64,000 nucleotides of DNA from Folioceros fuciformis (Eukaryota). This document shows positions 41,381-52,475 of this stretch, piece after piece. The position numbers and the translations under genes are program-made. The DNA lies in contig JBNGIO010006316.1 in NCBI GenBank assembly GCA_049999805.1, positions 319,034 through 383,033 on the forward strand. The letters run 5' to 3'. The notes under the pieces are model-generated. The model had not been told where the DNA came from. It did not search any database and saw only the letters and a list, made by a program, of their open reading frames with translations. How positions within the stretch are numbered: the stretch's first letter is position 1; every line of letters begins with the position of its first letter.

Positions 41381-44146
41381 ATGGATGACCCCCCCGGGTC
41401 TGCAGGATGCGTAAGGATAACATCTGGCACCGTGAGCAGGCTATGTCGTGAAGGAAATCTCATTGAGGCTGTGGAGGCTCTGGGAGTTCTGGTGCAGACA
41501 GAGTGTTGCATTTCCAAGCCCGTGTTTTACTCTGTGCTGAAGAAATGTGCATTGGAGAAGGACCTGATTCTGGGCCGCCGCGTCCATGCTCTCATGGTGA
41601 GAAATGGATACCAGTCTGACAACTTCTTGTGCAACCACGTTCTGAGGATGTATGCTTCCTCTGATAGGCTGGAAGACGCGATGGATGTGTTTGAAGGCTC
41701 TCCTGAACCAGATGCCTTCATGTGGTCTTCCATAATTTCTGCGCATGTTAAACGGGGGATGGACAAGCAGGCCTTGCAGCTGTATCATCAGATGCGCAGG
41801 TCAACTGTGACGCCGGATGGCCACGTGTTTGTGGCAGCCCTTCAAGCTTGTGGAAGGGGATCAGATTTGGCGGCTGGGCAGCAGGTACATGCAGATGTGT
41901 TGGCAACTGGAGTTGAACCTGATTTATTTGTCTGGAATTGTTTGGTGGATATGTACGCAAGATGTGGCAGCTTGGAAGACGCTCGAAGATTGTTCGACGG
42001 AATTGGTCAGAAAGATGTGGTGACGTGGAATGCCATGTTCGCAGGGTATTCCCAGCAGGGCATGGGACAGGAAGCCCTTCTCCTTTTCAGTGCTATGGAA
42101 GAAGAAGGCATCTCTGTACCTACTGCCGTAACATATGTTTGCCTCCTCCAAGCGTGCGCAATTGTCGGCACCTCAGCTTTGGAGACGGGGAAGGGGATTC
42201 ATAGACAGATTCGAGAACGAGGACATGAAGGGGATGAGTTTCTTGGAAACAGTTTGGTGAACATGTATGCTAAGTGCGGAAGCTTAGAGGAAGCTCAGAG
42301 AGTGTTTGACAGGCTTGCTAAGAAAGATGTAGTGACATGGACCGCCATGATAGCAGGGTATTCCCAGCAGGATATGGGCCAGGATGCCCTTTGTCTTTAC
42401 AATGGTATGCAAAAGGAGGGCATCGCTGTACCCAATCCCGTGACATTTGTGTGCCTCTTGCAGGCGTGTGCAAGTGTGGGTGCTCAAGCCTTGGACATGG
42501 GGAGGCAACTTCATGCGAAGATTAGAGAGCGAGGTCATGAAGATGATGTGTTTGTTGCCAACAGTTTGGTGAACATGTATGCAAAGTCTGGCAACTTGGA
42601 AGAAGCTCGCAGAGTATTCGACGGCATATGTCAGAAAGATGTTGTGACGTGGAATGCCATGATAGCTGGATATTCCCAGCAGGGCCTTGGCCTCAAAGCC
42701 CTCTCTCTTTACGGTGCTATGCAAGACGAAGGGATCATTGTGCCCGATTCTGTGACATTTGTGCGCCTCTTACAGGCATGTGCAATTGTGGGTACCACAG
42801 CTTTGGAAAATGGTGAACAACTTCATGCACAAATTAGGGCACAAGGACTTGAAGTTAATACATTTGTAGCGAGCAGTTTGGTCCACATGTATGCAAACTG
42901 TGGCAGCTTGGACCAAGCCCATAGAGTGTTTGACGGACTATGTCAAAAAGATGTGGCGACGTGGAATGCCATGATATCAGGGTATTCCCAGCAAGGTATG
43001 GGCCAGGAAGCCCTTCGTCTTTACTGTGCCATGCAAGAAGAAGACATTGTAGAGCCTGACAACGTGACATTCGTGAGTCTCCTGCAGGCATGCGGAAACC
43101 TGGCAGCTTTGCATCTAGGAAGGCAGCTACATGCAGAGATCAAAGGAAAGGGGCTTGAAGCTGATGTGTTTGTAGCTGGCAGTCTGATAAACATGTATGG
43201 TAAATCCGGGAGCGTGGGTGATGCACAGCAGGTATTTGATGCGCTGAAGGAAAGAGATGTTTTTGCATGGAGTGCACTTATTGCAGGTTACACCAGCAAA
43301 GGAGACAGTGAAGTGGTCTTCAATCTATTCCGGAGAATGAAGGACGATGGAGTCCACCCAGTCGGCATCACCTTTCTCAGCATACTAACAGCATGCAGTC
43401 ATGCTGGGCTGGTGAAGGAGGGGAGAGAGTATTTTGAGAGTATGAGCAGACACTACAGCGTCGCTCCTACGGTGGAGCATTACACATGTATGGTGGATCT
43501 CCTCGGTCGTGCAGGCCGCGTGGATGAGGCTCTAGGTTGGATAAGGACAATGCCTATACCTCCTAATGTTTCAGTTTGGCACGCTCTGTTAGGTGCTTGC
43601 CGAAAGTGGAGCAACGTTGAAGTTGGGCGGCATGCTTTTGACCAAGCAATTAAGCTAGACAAGACAGGAGCGGCAGCATATGTGTTGATGACAAATATTT
43701 ACACAGCCGCGCAGATGTGGGAGCAGGCACAGGAGATCCAGGCCAGGAAAAAGGAAATTAGGGCATGGAAGCAGCCGGGGCAGAGTTGGTGGACAGGCGT
43801 GGAAGGACTAGTTCATAGCTTTATGGTTGGAGTTAAGAAGCTTCCTAAGAGTGAAGCAAGGGAGATGGAAGTGGTTTCCAAATTGAAGAGAAGCCAACGT
43901 GTCTCACATTCGTATATATCATCGCCGGCTCACGTACCTGATTGGAGGAAAGGCGGTGTATTTGGGGATAGCAGCGGAAAATTCTCTGTGCATAATAAAA
44001 TGCATACACCGGAGGCTTCTTACATGATTTTTGTGAAATTTCTAAGGCTTTCCTTCAATTGTCTAAGAGGAACCAAGTTTGTATTCGCAGTGCAAAAGAC
44101 TTCGCGACTTTCGTTGCTAACATTGGCTGTGCTTGCCGCTATCTAG
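41381..44146 (+). CDS. PLS-class PPR protein, E1-E2, WW-type box, degenerate DYW domain
   Basis: Intronless ORF of ~920 aa with highly similar tandem PLS triplets, HYTCMVDLLGRAG and WKQPGQSWWTG. The start may lie further upstream. Confidence 0.93.
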   Translation: MDDPPGSAGCVRITSGTVSRLCREGNLIEAVEALGVLVQTECCISKPVFYSVLKKCALEKDLILGRRVHALMVRNGYQSDNFLCNHVLRMYASSDRLEDAMDVFEGSPEPDAFMWSSIISAHVKRGMDKQALQLYHQMRRSTVTPDGHVFVAALQACGRGSDLAAGQQVHADVLATGVEPDLFVWNCLVDMYARCGSLEDARRLFDGIGQKDVVTWNAMFAGYSQQGMGQEALLLFSAMEEEGISVPTAVTYVCLLQACAIVGTSALETGKGIHRQIRERGHEGDEFLGNSLVNMYAKCGSLEEAQRVFDRLAKKDVVTWTAMIAGYSQQDMGQDALCLYNGMQKEGIAVPNPVTFVCLLQACASVGAQALDMGRQLHAKIRERGHEDDVFVANSLVNMYAKSGNLEEARRVFDGICQKDVVTWNAMIAGYSQQGLGLKALSLYGAMQDEGIIVPDSVTFVRLLQACAIVGTTALENGEQLHAQIRAQGLEVNTFVASSLVHMYANCGSLDQAHRVFDGLCQKDVATWNAMISGYSQQGMGQEALRLYCAMQEEDIVEPDNVTFVSLLQACGNLAALHLGRQLHAEIKGKGLEADVFVAGSLINMYGKSGSVGDAQQVFDALKERDVFAWSALIAGYTSKGDSEVVFNLFRRMKDDGVHPVGITFLSILTACSHAGLVKEGREYFESMSRHYSVAPTVEHYTCMVDLLGRAGRVDEALGWIRTMPIPPNVSVWHALLGACRKWSNVEVGRHAFDQAIKLDKTGAAAYVLMTNIYTAAQMWEQAQEIQARKKEIRAWKQPGQSWWTGVEGLVHSFMVGVKKLPKSEAREMEVVSKLKRSQRVSHSYISSPAHVPDWRKGGVFGDSSGKFSVHNKMHTPEASYMIFVKFLRLSFNCLRGTKFVFAVQKTSRLSLLTLAVLAAI

Positions 44147-44650
44147 TATCTTTTCACTTGCAGCGTTCCACTCAACTCTCAAGGTTTGATGATAGCATCT
44201 TCAACTACCCCAAAACGTTCGCATACGTCAATTAATCGCCGATGACCGTAAACGACGACCACTGAAAAAAGTGGCACTGCAAGAATGACGCAGATCACGG
44301 TCATCAACTTTCCAAAGCCACATTCCCGTACAGGACCTTCGATCCCCTGGAATTGCATCTTGGTTGCTAGACATCGACTCACAGCAAGACTTCCTACAGT
44401 TTGCTGACTAGGAAGGAAGCCAACACCTGGGACAGCGAGATTTCCTGAAACACCGTCCTTTACCTTCTAGCAATTTCTGGAGTTCATTCCTAAGCTACAA
44501 GTAGTATACACAACAGGAGGAGCAGGAGGCGGCCAAATCAAAGACCAAGCATAGCCCCCTGGAATAAGAAAGTCAGAATGGTCACTTCGAAAACCGGTGA
44601 GGAGTCGTGATTCAAGACCGCGAACCGCATGCTCCGTCACCCACGCACCG

Positions 44651-46688
44651 TCAACGGTTCACTTTCAACCTGACAGCCTCGGTCTCGAGTGCATGCAGAT
44701 CCCTCTTCAGTTTCTGAATATGGGCCTGCACCTGATTGTGCATGGCGCAAGGCAGTAGCAGGTTAGAGACGGAAGAGTGGAAAATCAATGTTCTCACCAA
44801 GCCACGTTGTCGTAAAGCCCATTGCACGGATTACTGTCATGAACTAGAGTAACCCGATGGAAGGCAAATGGAAGGCGAAGCCTTGAGACTGGCATACCTG
44901 TTGACGGGCAGCGGCCAACGCAGGAAGTTCGCCACTGTCGACATGTTTCAGAAACCATTGACCCAAAGAGTGATCTTTCGTGTCCCCCTTGGACTTGTCA
45001 TTGTCACTCCCAACCCCTACAAATCCAAAAGACGTTACAGGATAGGTATTCAACAGCAGCGCATCGGAGCAGATCAGCCAAGAAACAAGGGAACAGAACC
45101 CGAGACGTGCAATTTAAATACCTGAATTCATCTCAGCATTCAACGTCGCTGACCCCGGACCTGTCACTACAACAGCTGGGTGTGAATGAACGCGGTTGAA
45201 AAAGGCCTCGGAAGGCTCGGTGAAAACTATTTCATCGTATGCCTCCACCACAACTGGTTTTTTCGTGTTCTGAGGGCCAGATTCATCCTCCGGATACAGC
45301 TTGAGGTGATGGAACCTGCACCACGAAAGCAATTCGTCAGCCCAGACAAGGAGAAGCTGCAATCCATTGCCAGCATGCCAACCACCGATTGAACAGCTCA
45401 GAAAGGACGCAGCATTCCACCTACATCTCAATGGGTTTCTCGGCAACATCACCATGGAAAAAAATGGTGATGCCAATCTCAAACTCGCCCCACCCCGTCT
45501 CAGTCAGCTCAAACGGGGCTGTCTCCACGATCCTGGTAGGATTGTTGAAGCTCGGATGCAACTGAAAGACAACCCTCTTGATCACAACTCCAAGGTCCTC
45601 ATTGCCAGCGCCTCGGACATAGACAGTCCACTTGTGGGAATGATACCTGCACAGATATAGTGCAAGAGGAAAATGTACAAACCTCTGCCGACACAATTTC
45701 GTTGAACCTCAACAATCAGCTGAACCCGATGACGGCACCTAAAAAACGCCCGCAATCAACAGAGCCGGAAGGGGTGACAGACACATACTCGTCTGCCTTC
45801 TTGCCAAGCCAGAAAGATATAGTCCCGAACGCTATTGGGATAGTTAACTCCACATCCTTCACTCTTTTCACAGGGTTCTGAACACTTCCGACGACTCTAC
45901 ACAATTAGTCCAGAATTAGTGAGGTCGTAACCAAGAAGCCGAAGCTGGGAAAGCAAAATGCAGCAAGGGCTCGGGTTCCCCAAAAAACCTAAAGTTTGAG
46001 AAGGCGCCACAAAGGCTACCTTTTTCTCATGGTCGTCCAGCAGGCGCGCGGTTTTAGCCCGCTGAAGTCTTTGGATGGCACTGACTTCCGTCTGCTCAAT
46101 TCCAAACTTTTTCCCCACGACGGCCTGGGGCATCTTCCCCCTCAGGGCCACAATCTCATTGATCTGCAGCAGCAGTAGCCGGGAGCAGATACAGGTTAGC
46201 CGACATGACGCGGCGAGGAGTGGTGAGCAGTGGAGAACAAGAAAGTGGGCGGGACACAACTAGGTCAGAGACAGGAAGAAATGGATAGGAGGGAGGTTGG
46301 CAGGGTGAGGGGAAGGGGACGCGGGGCCCGGGCGGGTCCTGGGCCGGGATCTGGGGCTGGGCGTGGTCCCTGGTCCTGGGCCTGGGAACCCCGGCAACGG
46401 CAAGGGAAAGGGCAAGAAGAGAGAAGAGGCAGGGCTTGGGTACCTCACCTCCTCGGGCGAGAGATCGGCGAGTTTGCGTTTGATGCGCTTGACGGGCGGA
46501 GGTGCAGCAGGCACAGATGAATTGCTGGCAGCTGCTGCACTCCCTGTGGCTGCGGCTGCCGCTGCGCCAGAGGCAGCGCCAGCGGCGGCCATAGCCTGGC
46601 CAGCCCTATTCCCGCTAGCCTTCGGCGGCCTCCCCCTTGGCCTGGTCCCCGTCCCGCCGCCCTCACTCGCCCTCTCTCTCTCTGGCAT
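44651..46688 (-). CDS. YAF9: YEATS-domain protein YAF9/GAS41 with an N-terminal extension
   Basis: [49 protein letters not shown] and a C-terminal coiled coil. The upstream exon 46688-46449 splices in frame to 46163. A shorter start at MPQAVV and an alternative 3' exon are possible. Confidence 0.9.
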
Positions 46689-46949
46689 CGCTGGCACCTA
46701 TCCCGTGACGGGTCCCGTAACACACTCTCTCTCTAGCTCCTTCCGCCCCCTTCACCGCGCCATCACCTCCGATATCAAACTGCTTGGTTGGCGCGCCGGT
46801 TACACCAAGGTCAATACCTGCATGCGATCATCTCACTGCCCGCTTGCCGCTTGCATTGCCGGACGCGCCTATAAACACCATTAATATATATACTAGTTCG
46901 ACGCGCCTAGGCCAATACACAAATGTACTTAGTTAGCGTTTAGTTTCAG

Positions 46950-49900
46950 ACTTATCCATCAATGCTTGTTATTGCAAGCCCACCGTTTTCCTTCTTGTTT
47001 GGAGAAGGGTTCCCTATAGGAGTTTGGAATCGTTGCCTTCTTGACTTCTCGTTTCCCGGTCCAGGATTTCTAGTGGAGGGTTTGGTCCCCTAATAGGATT
47101 TTACCTCGTTTTGTATATCCAAAGGGAGTGAAATTGTTTCTCCATGCCCCTAATAGGACATTACCTTGTTTTGTATACGCAAAGGAGGCGAAATTGCTTC
47201 TCCATAGGGCCTTCGGGCTATGAGAATCTCAGTAGAGCCTTCAGATTTTGGAAGTTATGGGAGTAGCAATCGAGCCTTCAGATTTTGGAAGTTGTACCTT
47301 CATATTCTAGAAGTTGTAGTGGAGCCTCTTGTCTTCATCGAAGGCTTTGCGAATGGCTTTGGGCATCGTGACCTGGCTTATTCGACATTTTTCTAGTTTA
47401 GGGACTCGCAGGTGGCTTTGGCCATCCTCTCCTCATGCTTTGCGCACCGTCTAAGGTATCTTCTCCAATCTTTGCACGTTGTCTACAGTATCTTATTTAG
47501 AATTCCTAGCAAATTTAAGGAGCTTTGGCCATTCTCTCCTCATGCTTTGCGTACCGTCTACGATATCTTCTCCAATCTTTGCACATTGTCAACATTATCT
47601 TCTTTAGAATTCCTAGCAAATTTAAGGAGCTGAAATAATACGATCATGTAGGTTTTTGGATGTATCATTGGCCCTGGCACCTTCAAGTGCGACACCAAGG
47701 ATCTTGCAAGGCAATACATGCCACTTCCTATCTTGTTCAGACACATAGGTTTACTCACAATGAAGATTTCAACACCAACAACATTTCTTGGGAGCTAAGC
47801 CCCAACTTCCCATTTTCTCATCTTGATTCCTATTTTAGAATCTTTCGTCCTCGGTGTTGAGAATGGAGCCCTCCCTTTACACATGTTCCTACGATCGGTG
47901 AAGACTCTCTTTCTTCTATGGCCAAGGCTGCTATGCCTTAATGTTCCTCTCTACTCACAATTGGGATTGAGGGCTCTATGCTTCTCTTCTTAAGAAATAA
48001 TATGAGTAGGTGGAGCTCAATCTTCTTCGGGATTTTCTATCCCTCGACCGATTCAAGCACGTCTCTGTTCTTACTCAAGAAAGAGCTAAGGTCCTTGCCT
48101 CTTGGCTCAACCCAACATTTAGCCTTTCCATACTACTACATGCACTCTTTTACAATTGTTCGTTGCAAAGTGTGTTACAAGAGGGGGAGGCCTTACAAAA
48201 GAAGTCTCTTTATAGGTATGGGCCCATAGCCACCCAGTTTGTTACGGGAAGTTGTTTTGCTTCGGCACCCACTGTCGTGTGCACTATATAGCAACCAGCT
48301 TGTTAAGTAAGGTTGTCAACAAAGAAATGCAGTCAGTACCATAGGCCACACATTACATATTTTTTCTTATGTTAGCAACAATGGTAAACAAGTTCCTAGC
48401 ACCTTCCATCATGTGTGTATATTCGTACATGCATGGAATATTGTATTCATCGCCTTCGCCCGACGAGCCTACACGTACAGCTTTTATTCATTTACCGTAC
48501 CCTATTGCAATAGAACAGAACAAGCATGTTGCAACGGGGGGAAGTTTGCGACGAGGGCAGCTTGCATCGCCTTACCTACAAACAATGTTCAATCGTAGGC
48601 CTATTTGGTGATAGTACACCGAGAGACCTAGCAACACGCAAATGCGCAAAACAACAGGCATTCATTATAGGCATTTCTCATGGTCAGAATGACTGATTTG
48701 TATTCTTGCCTCATGACCCTATCACACTCCAATTTGGCCTTTTCTACTATCATTTAGAAAATCTCTAGCATACACCTACACATGCAAAGGCTCCACTAAG
48801 CTTCCCAAGTGGAAGAAGTAGGTATGCGACCTCCCGCCGATGAGCCCACATAGGTACCCACCAGCAAGACTGTAGTAGACCTCCACGACTAGCTCGGCAG
48901 CCTCTAGTAACTAATGACATCCCTCATCATTGCAATAGAAATCAACATACACTCAGAAGTGCTCAACTCTATTGTAATTGAACAACACTCGGGTCTTCAA
49001 TGAGAAGAAGTTGCAGTTGTCCACATCTTTATCCACTGTAACGATTTCTTTGAATTGTGTGGTTGGAGATATCAACATGGATTTGAGACCGTGCTCTAGG
49101 CCTATCCACAATAGATATTGACCTTGATCCCACTGAGGTCCTCTCTACCGCATGTATACTTGTTTCCCCCCGAAACAATTGTGATATTGAGCTTCTTCTT
49201 GCAAAGATGTGCGCACGTTTCCGAGGTGGACAAATTCCGTCCTTTGGCCCTTGTAGAATTCCCCATAATGTTGTACTTTAGGGACAACAAGGATGTCAAA
49301 GTGTTTAGCTATAAGCAAGACATCACAAAATAACTTTTCTCTAAGACTTTCCAACCTCAACACTCTGAGAGTATGTTTGTAGAGCGCCCATCTGTCAAAA
49401 AGGGCTTTAAACACCAAGAGTGCTAGCTCATGGCCCCTTCCAAGCATAGCAGCACCTAAATCCTCATGACACGCTACCAAGATTTCTGGCTCCTTCGGCA
49501 CAGGGCCTGTCCGCTGCATCGGCAATGGCCCATCATCCGAAACAGTAGCCCTCGCTCCCCAAAACCTGCGATGCATGAAATGGAGCACGCCGGCCTCCAT
49601 TTCCTGCAAAATTCATTGCCCTTCACCTTCATCGTGCCCCCAAACAAAAGCATTTTTAACTGCTCCGTATTGATATGCCCAAGCATTGGTGCGCTCTGCC
49701 CCCTCCATCCATCCCAAATCGTTGTTTGTGTTATCCTTGCTTCGTGCGAAAACTCGATAAGAGGGTCAACCATTGCATAAGAAACTAGTTGTTCCATGTG
49801 TTGGGTGTTGGAGATGGGTTGGGACAAGGTAAGTCCTCCCTAAAGTTCGCTCTCTGGTGTGTTCGCCATTTGTGCCAAAGGTGGGAGGTGGCACACCAAG

Positions 49901-51150
49901 TTGCATTCGTTTCCGGATCTTGGTCTAGCTTCCTCCTCTACAGCAACGATGAGCTGCAGCACCACAACAATTAGCGAGGCTCCCAGCATACGTGAGTCAT
50001 AGAACTTGTCATGTTTGCCACAATGCAAGCACCTTCTTGTATAGCTAGAGTCTCCTCGTTGCACCTGTAAGAGGAGACCGTAGCCCTCCCCTCTTGGTTG
50101 CTATTCCGCCCAGCTAGTCATGCCACCGTAATCACCCTATTTCTTCCCTGAATCGGCCACTAGAGAATAGCTATTTACCCCTTTCTCGATCTGTGCACCC
50201 GCCAAACGTCCTGCCCTCATCGTCTACCTGACCATTGTTGTGGTCTATTAGCCATAATTGCTCTAGTTCCTTGCCCATTATCAGGTATGCGTGCTAGTGG
50301 GCGGAGGATTCTCCCCTCCTCTTCAACAACTACACCCATCCCTATAACCAACTTGTTTTCTATAGTCCCCTGCACCCACAATTGGACAAGGCAAACGATG
50401 GATTCTATATTAAGAGCCTCCCAGCCTTCACCCACGGCTACGAAAGAGTTTATTCCACCTACAAGCGTAGACGTGGTTTGAGCCGGCATGTTTGGGCCAA
50501 CATTGGATGCAAGAGCAGCACTTGCTCGTCAATCCTGAACCCAGCCATTTGCTCCTTCCCTGGCTAGCGTCTCCCCCTCTACTTACCGCATAAGACCGAT
50601 ATGCCTTATTCACGTCAATAAGATCACAAGTTCTTTCGTTTTTTATGTAGCTTGTTCGCAAAAGTCTCTTGCCACCCTGCCATATTTCCATTAGCATGCC
50701 ATAGAGAGCAATCAGGGGATTGGCCAGGTACATGCTATGCCCCTACCCGAATATTGTTGAAAGCAATGTTCAAATTCCGGCACATATTTCTGCCCTTCAT
50801 TGCTAAGCCAATTGATCAACAGGGTTACTTCTTTTGCTCAAAGTTTAGCTGCTATTGAGTCTGCCAAACTATCAAATTAATTGCAGTTGCAGAAGCTACA
50901 CTTGGAACGTGAGAGAAAGAACCAGTTAGAGATGTAGAAGCTCATGTTAGAACATGAGATTAGGAGAAAGTCAATTCAGGTGGAGAACTAGGTTTGCATG
51001 GTAAAAGCCTTAGCTGCAGCCTTAGCTGCAAGGAGGTCTCCTAAGAAAGCAAGGGTAGGACAGAGACAACCTTGATGATAAGATTTTGTGTTCCATTTTG
51101 AGATTTGCATGCATGTTTGTGAAGCCTTCTAATTTCTCCTTACGAGTATA
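46950..51150 (-). mobile_element. decayed Ty3/gypsy-like retrotransposon remnant
   Basis: Zinc-knuckle-like CLHCGKH at ~50020, many broken ORFs, short internal duplications (47085-47206, 47237-47293, 47417-47630) and no spliced gene. Confidence 0.4.
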
Positions 51151-51319
51151 TGCCTGTATACTTCCATTTTGAAGTTTACATGTGTTGTGCTGTGCCCGCT
51201 AAACATCACACTCATGCATGGTTCATTAGTTAACAATACTCACACCACGTCATATTACACACATATTAAACACTACATGATGGTGCGGCAACCTTACTAG
51301 AGTGAAGCATTTGATTCCT

Positions 51320-51730
51320 TCAGACACCACGCATTGTCCCGACTATGTAAGGGGCCACAATCCTTTTTTCAACTTGTAATCTTGGCTTAGTCAAAATCTT
51401 ATCATCCATCATCCTTTTCCATACACTACTTTCCTTCAATATTGTTGCATCATGTACTCCTCTAGGATGTATGCAACACACATCTAGAAAGAGTTTGTTT
51501 GCATCACAAAGACCTTGCAACACAAAAGAATGCATGTCATGCTGACACCAATATGCAGCTGGGTTATCTTTCTTATTAGGTTGTTGGACTAACTTGATAT
51601 GAGATCTATCAATACACCTCACCATGTTAGGGAGTCCTGTAAGAGTTTGAAACTTGGCTGAAATAACTTGTTGCCTATGTTGGGAAGGCCATGTGATAAA
51701 ATGTAAGAATAATTTTTGTGGATTATTCAG
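51320..51730 (-). mobile_element. PIF/Harbinger transposase (DDE_Tnp_4/HARBI1-like) fragment
   Basis: ITWPS...GLPNMVRCIDRSHI...HSFVLQGLCD..LFLDV...PRGVHDATILKES...PYIVG. Truncated, and the IDG motif is altered. Confidence 0.85.
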
Positions 51731-52419
51731 TAATGTATAAAGTGTAGTGTACCATTGTAGCTGCACCAACTCCATACATATCAGCAATAATATGTGGGGA
51801 TAAACCACCAGCAAGGCTGTGAAACACCATTGCCACAGCACGACCTAGTTGTAAAGGTTCCCGTAAAGAAGACAGGACACCAAAATAGAAAGAGGGAAGG
51901 AAAACTCTATTGACTAAAATGTGTGTGAGAAGGTGACATTATATAGATACCGGCCGTATTATAAAAAGATAATTACCATTAAATCCATATTACCAATACC
52001 GGGCGTGGACGGGACGGGCGTCCTGGGTTTGGTGCCTGACCATTAAATGTAGGCCTGCGCATGTGAAACTGCGGGACACTGCGCCGTGACAGCCTAACAG
52101 CAATCCATCACCGCGCTATCGCAATTTTTCTTTGTTTAGCCTTCGTAATGGTAACTATAACCGCTCTGTTCATTTTGTCCCCTACGTTGTGAACGGTGTT
52201 TGAGCCACAGTTCCCTACAGTTTTCCTAACTTAAAAAAATCCAGTTTCCTACAGTTTTCCTACCTCAGAAAAGTCCAGTTTCCTACGTTTTCGTAACTTG
52301 GAAAAGTCCAAACTGAACTGCGCAATCTCGGCCATGTGTCGTTCCGATGTGAGAGGCCCTTGATGTGAAGGGTGTCTCACAGGTACTGTGTATGAAGTGA
52401 CAGCCGACGGTTGTTTGGC

Positions 52420-52427
52420 TTCCCGCG
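52420..52427 (+). promoter_or_regulatory. E2F-like site upstream of ORC4
   Basis: TTCCCGCG about 50 bp upstream of the ATG. It is an imperfect match to TTTCCCGC. Confidence 0.45.
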
Positions 52428-52475
52428 CAAACGCTCTTCCTTTCTTCAGCGAATACCAATGCTGACGCCCTTGCA

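Noticed and set aside
52151-52162. gtaactataac resembling the LSU rRNA / I-CeuI site
   Set aside because: Only about 11 bp match and there is no flanking rRNA similarity.
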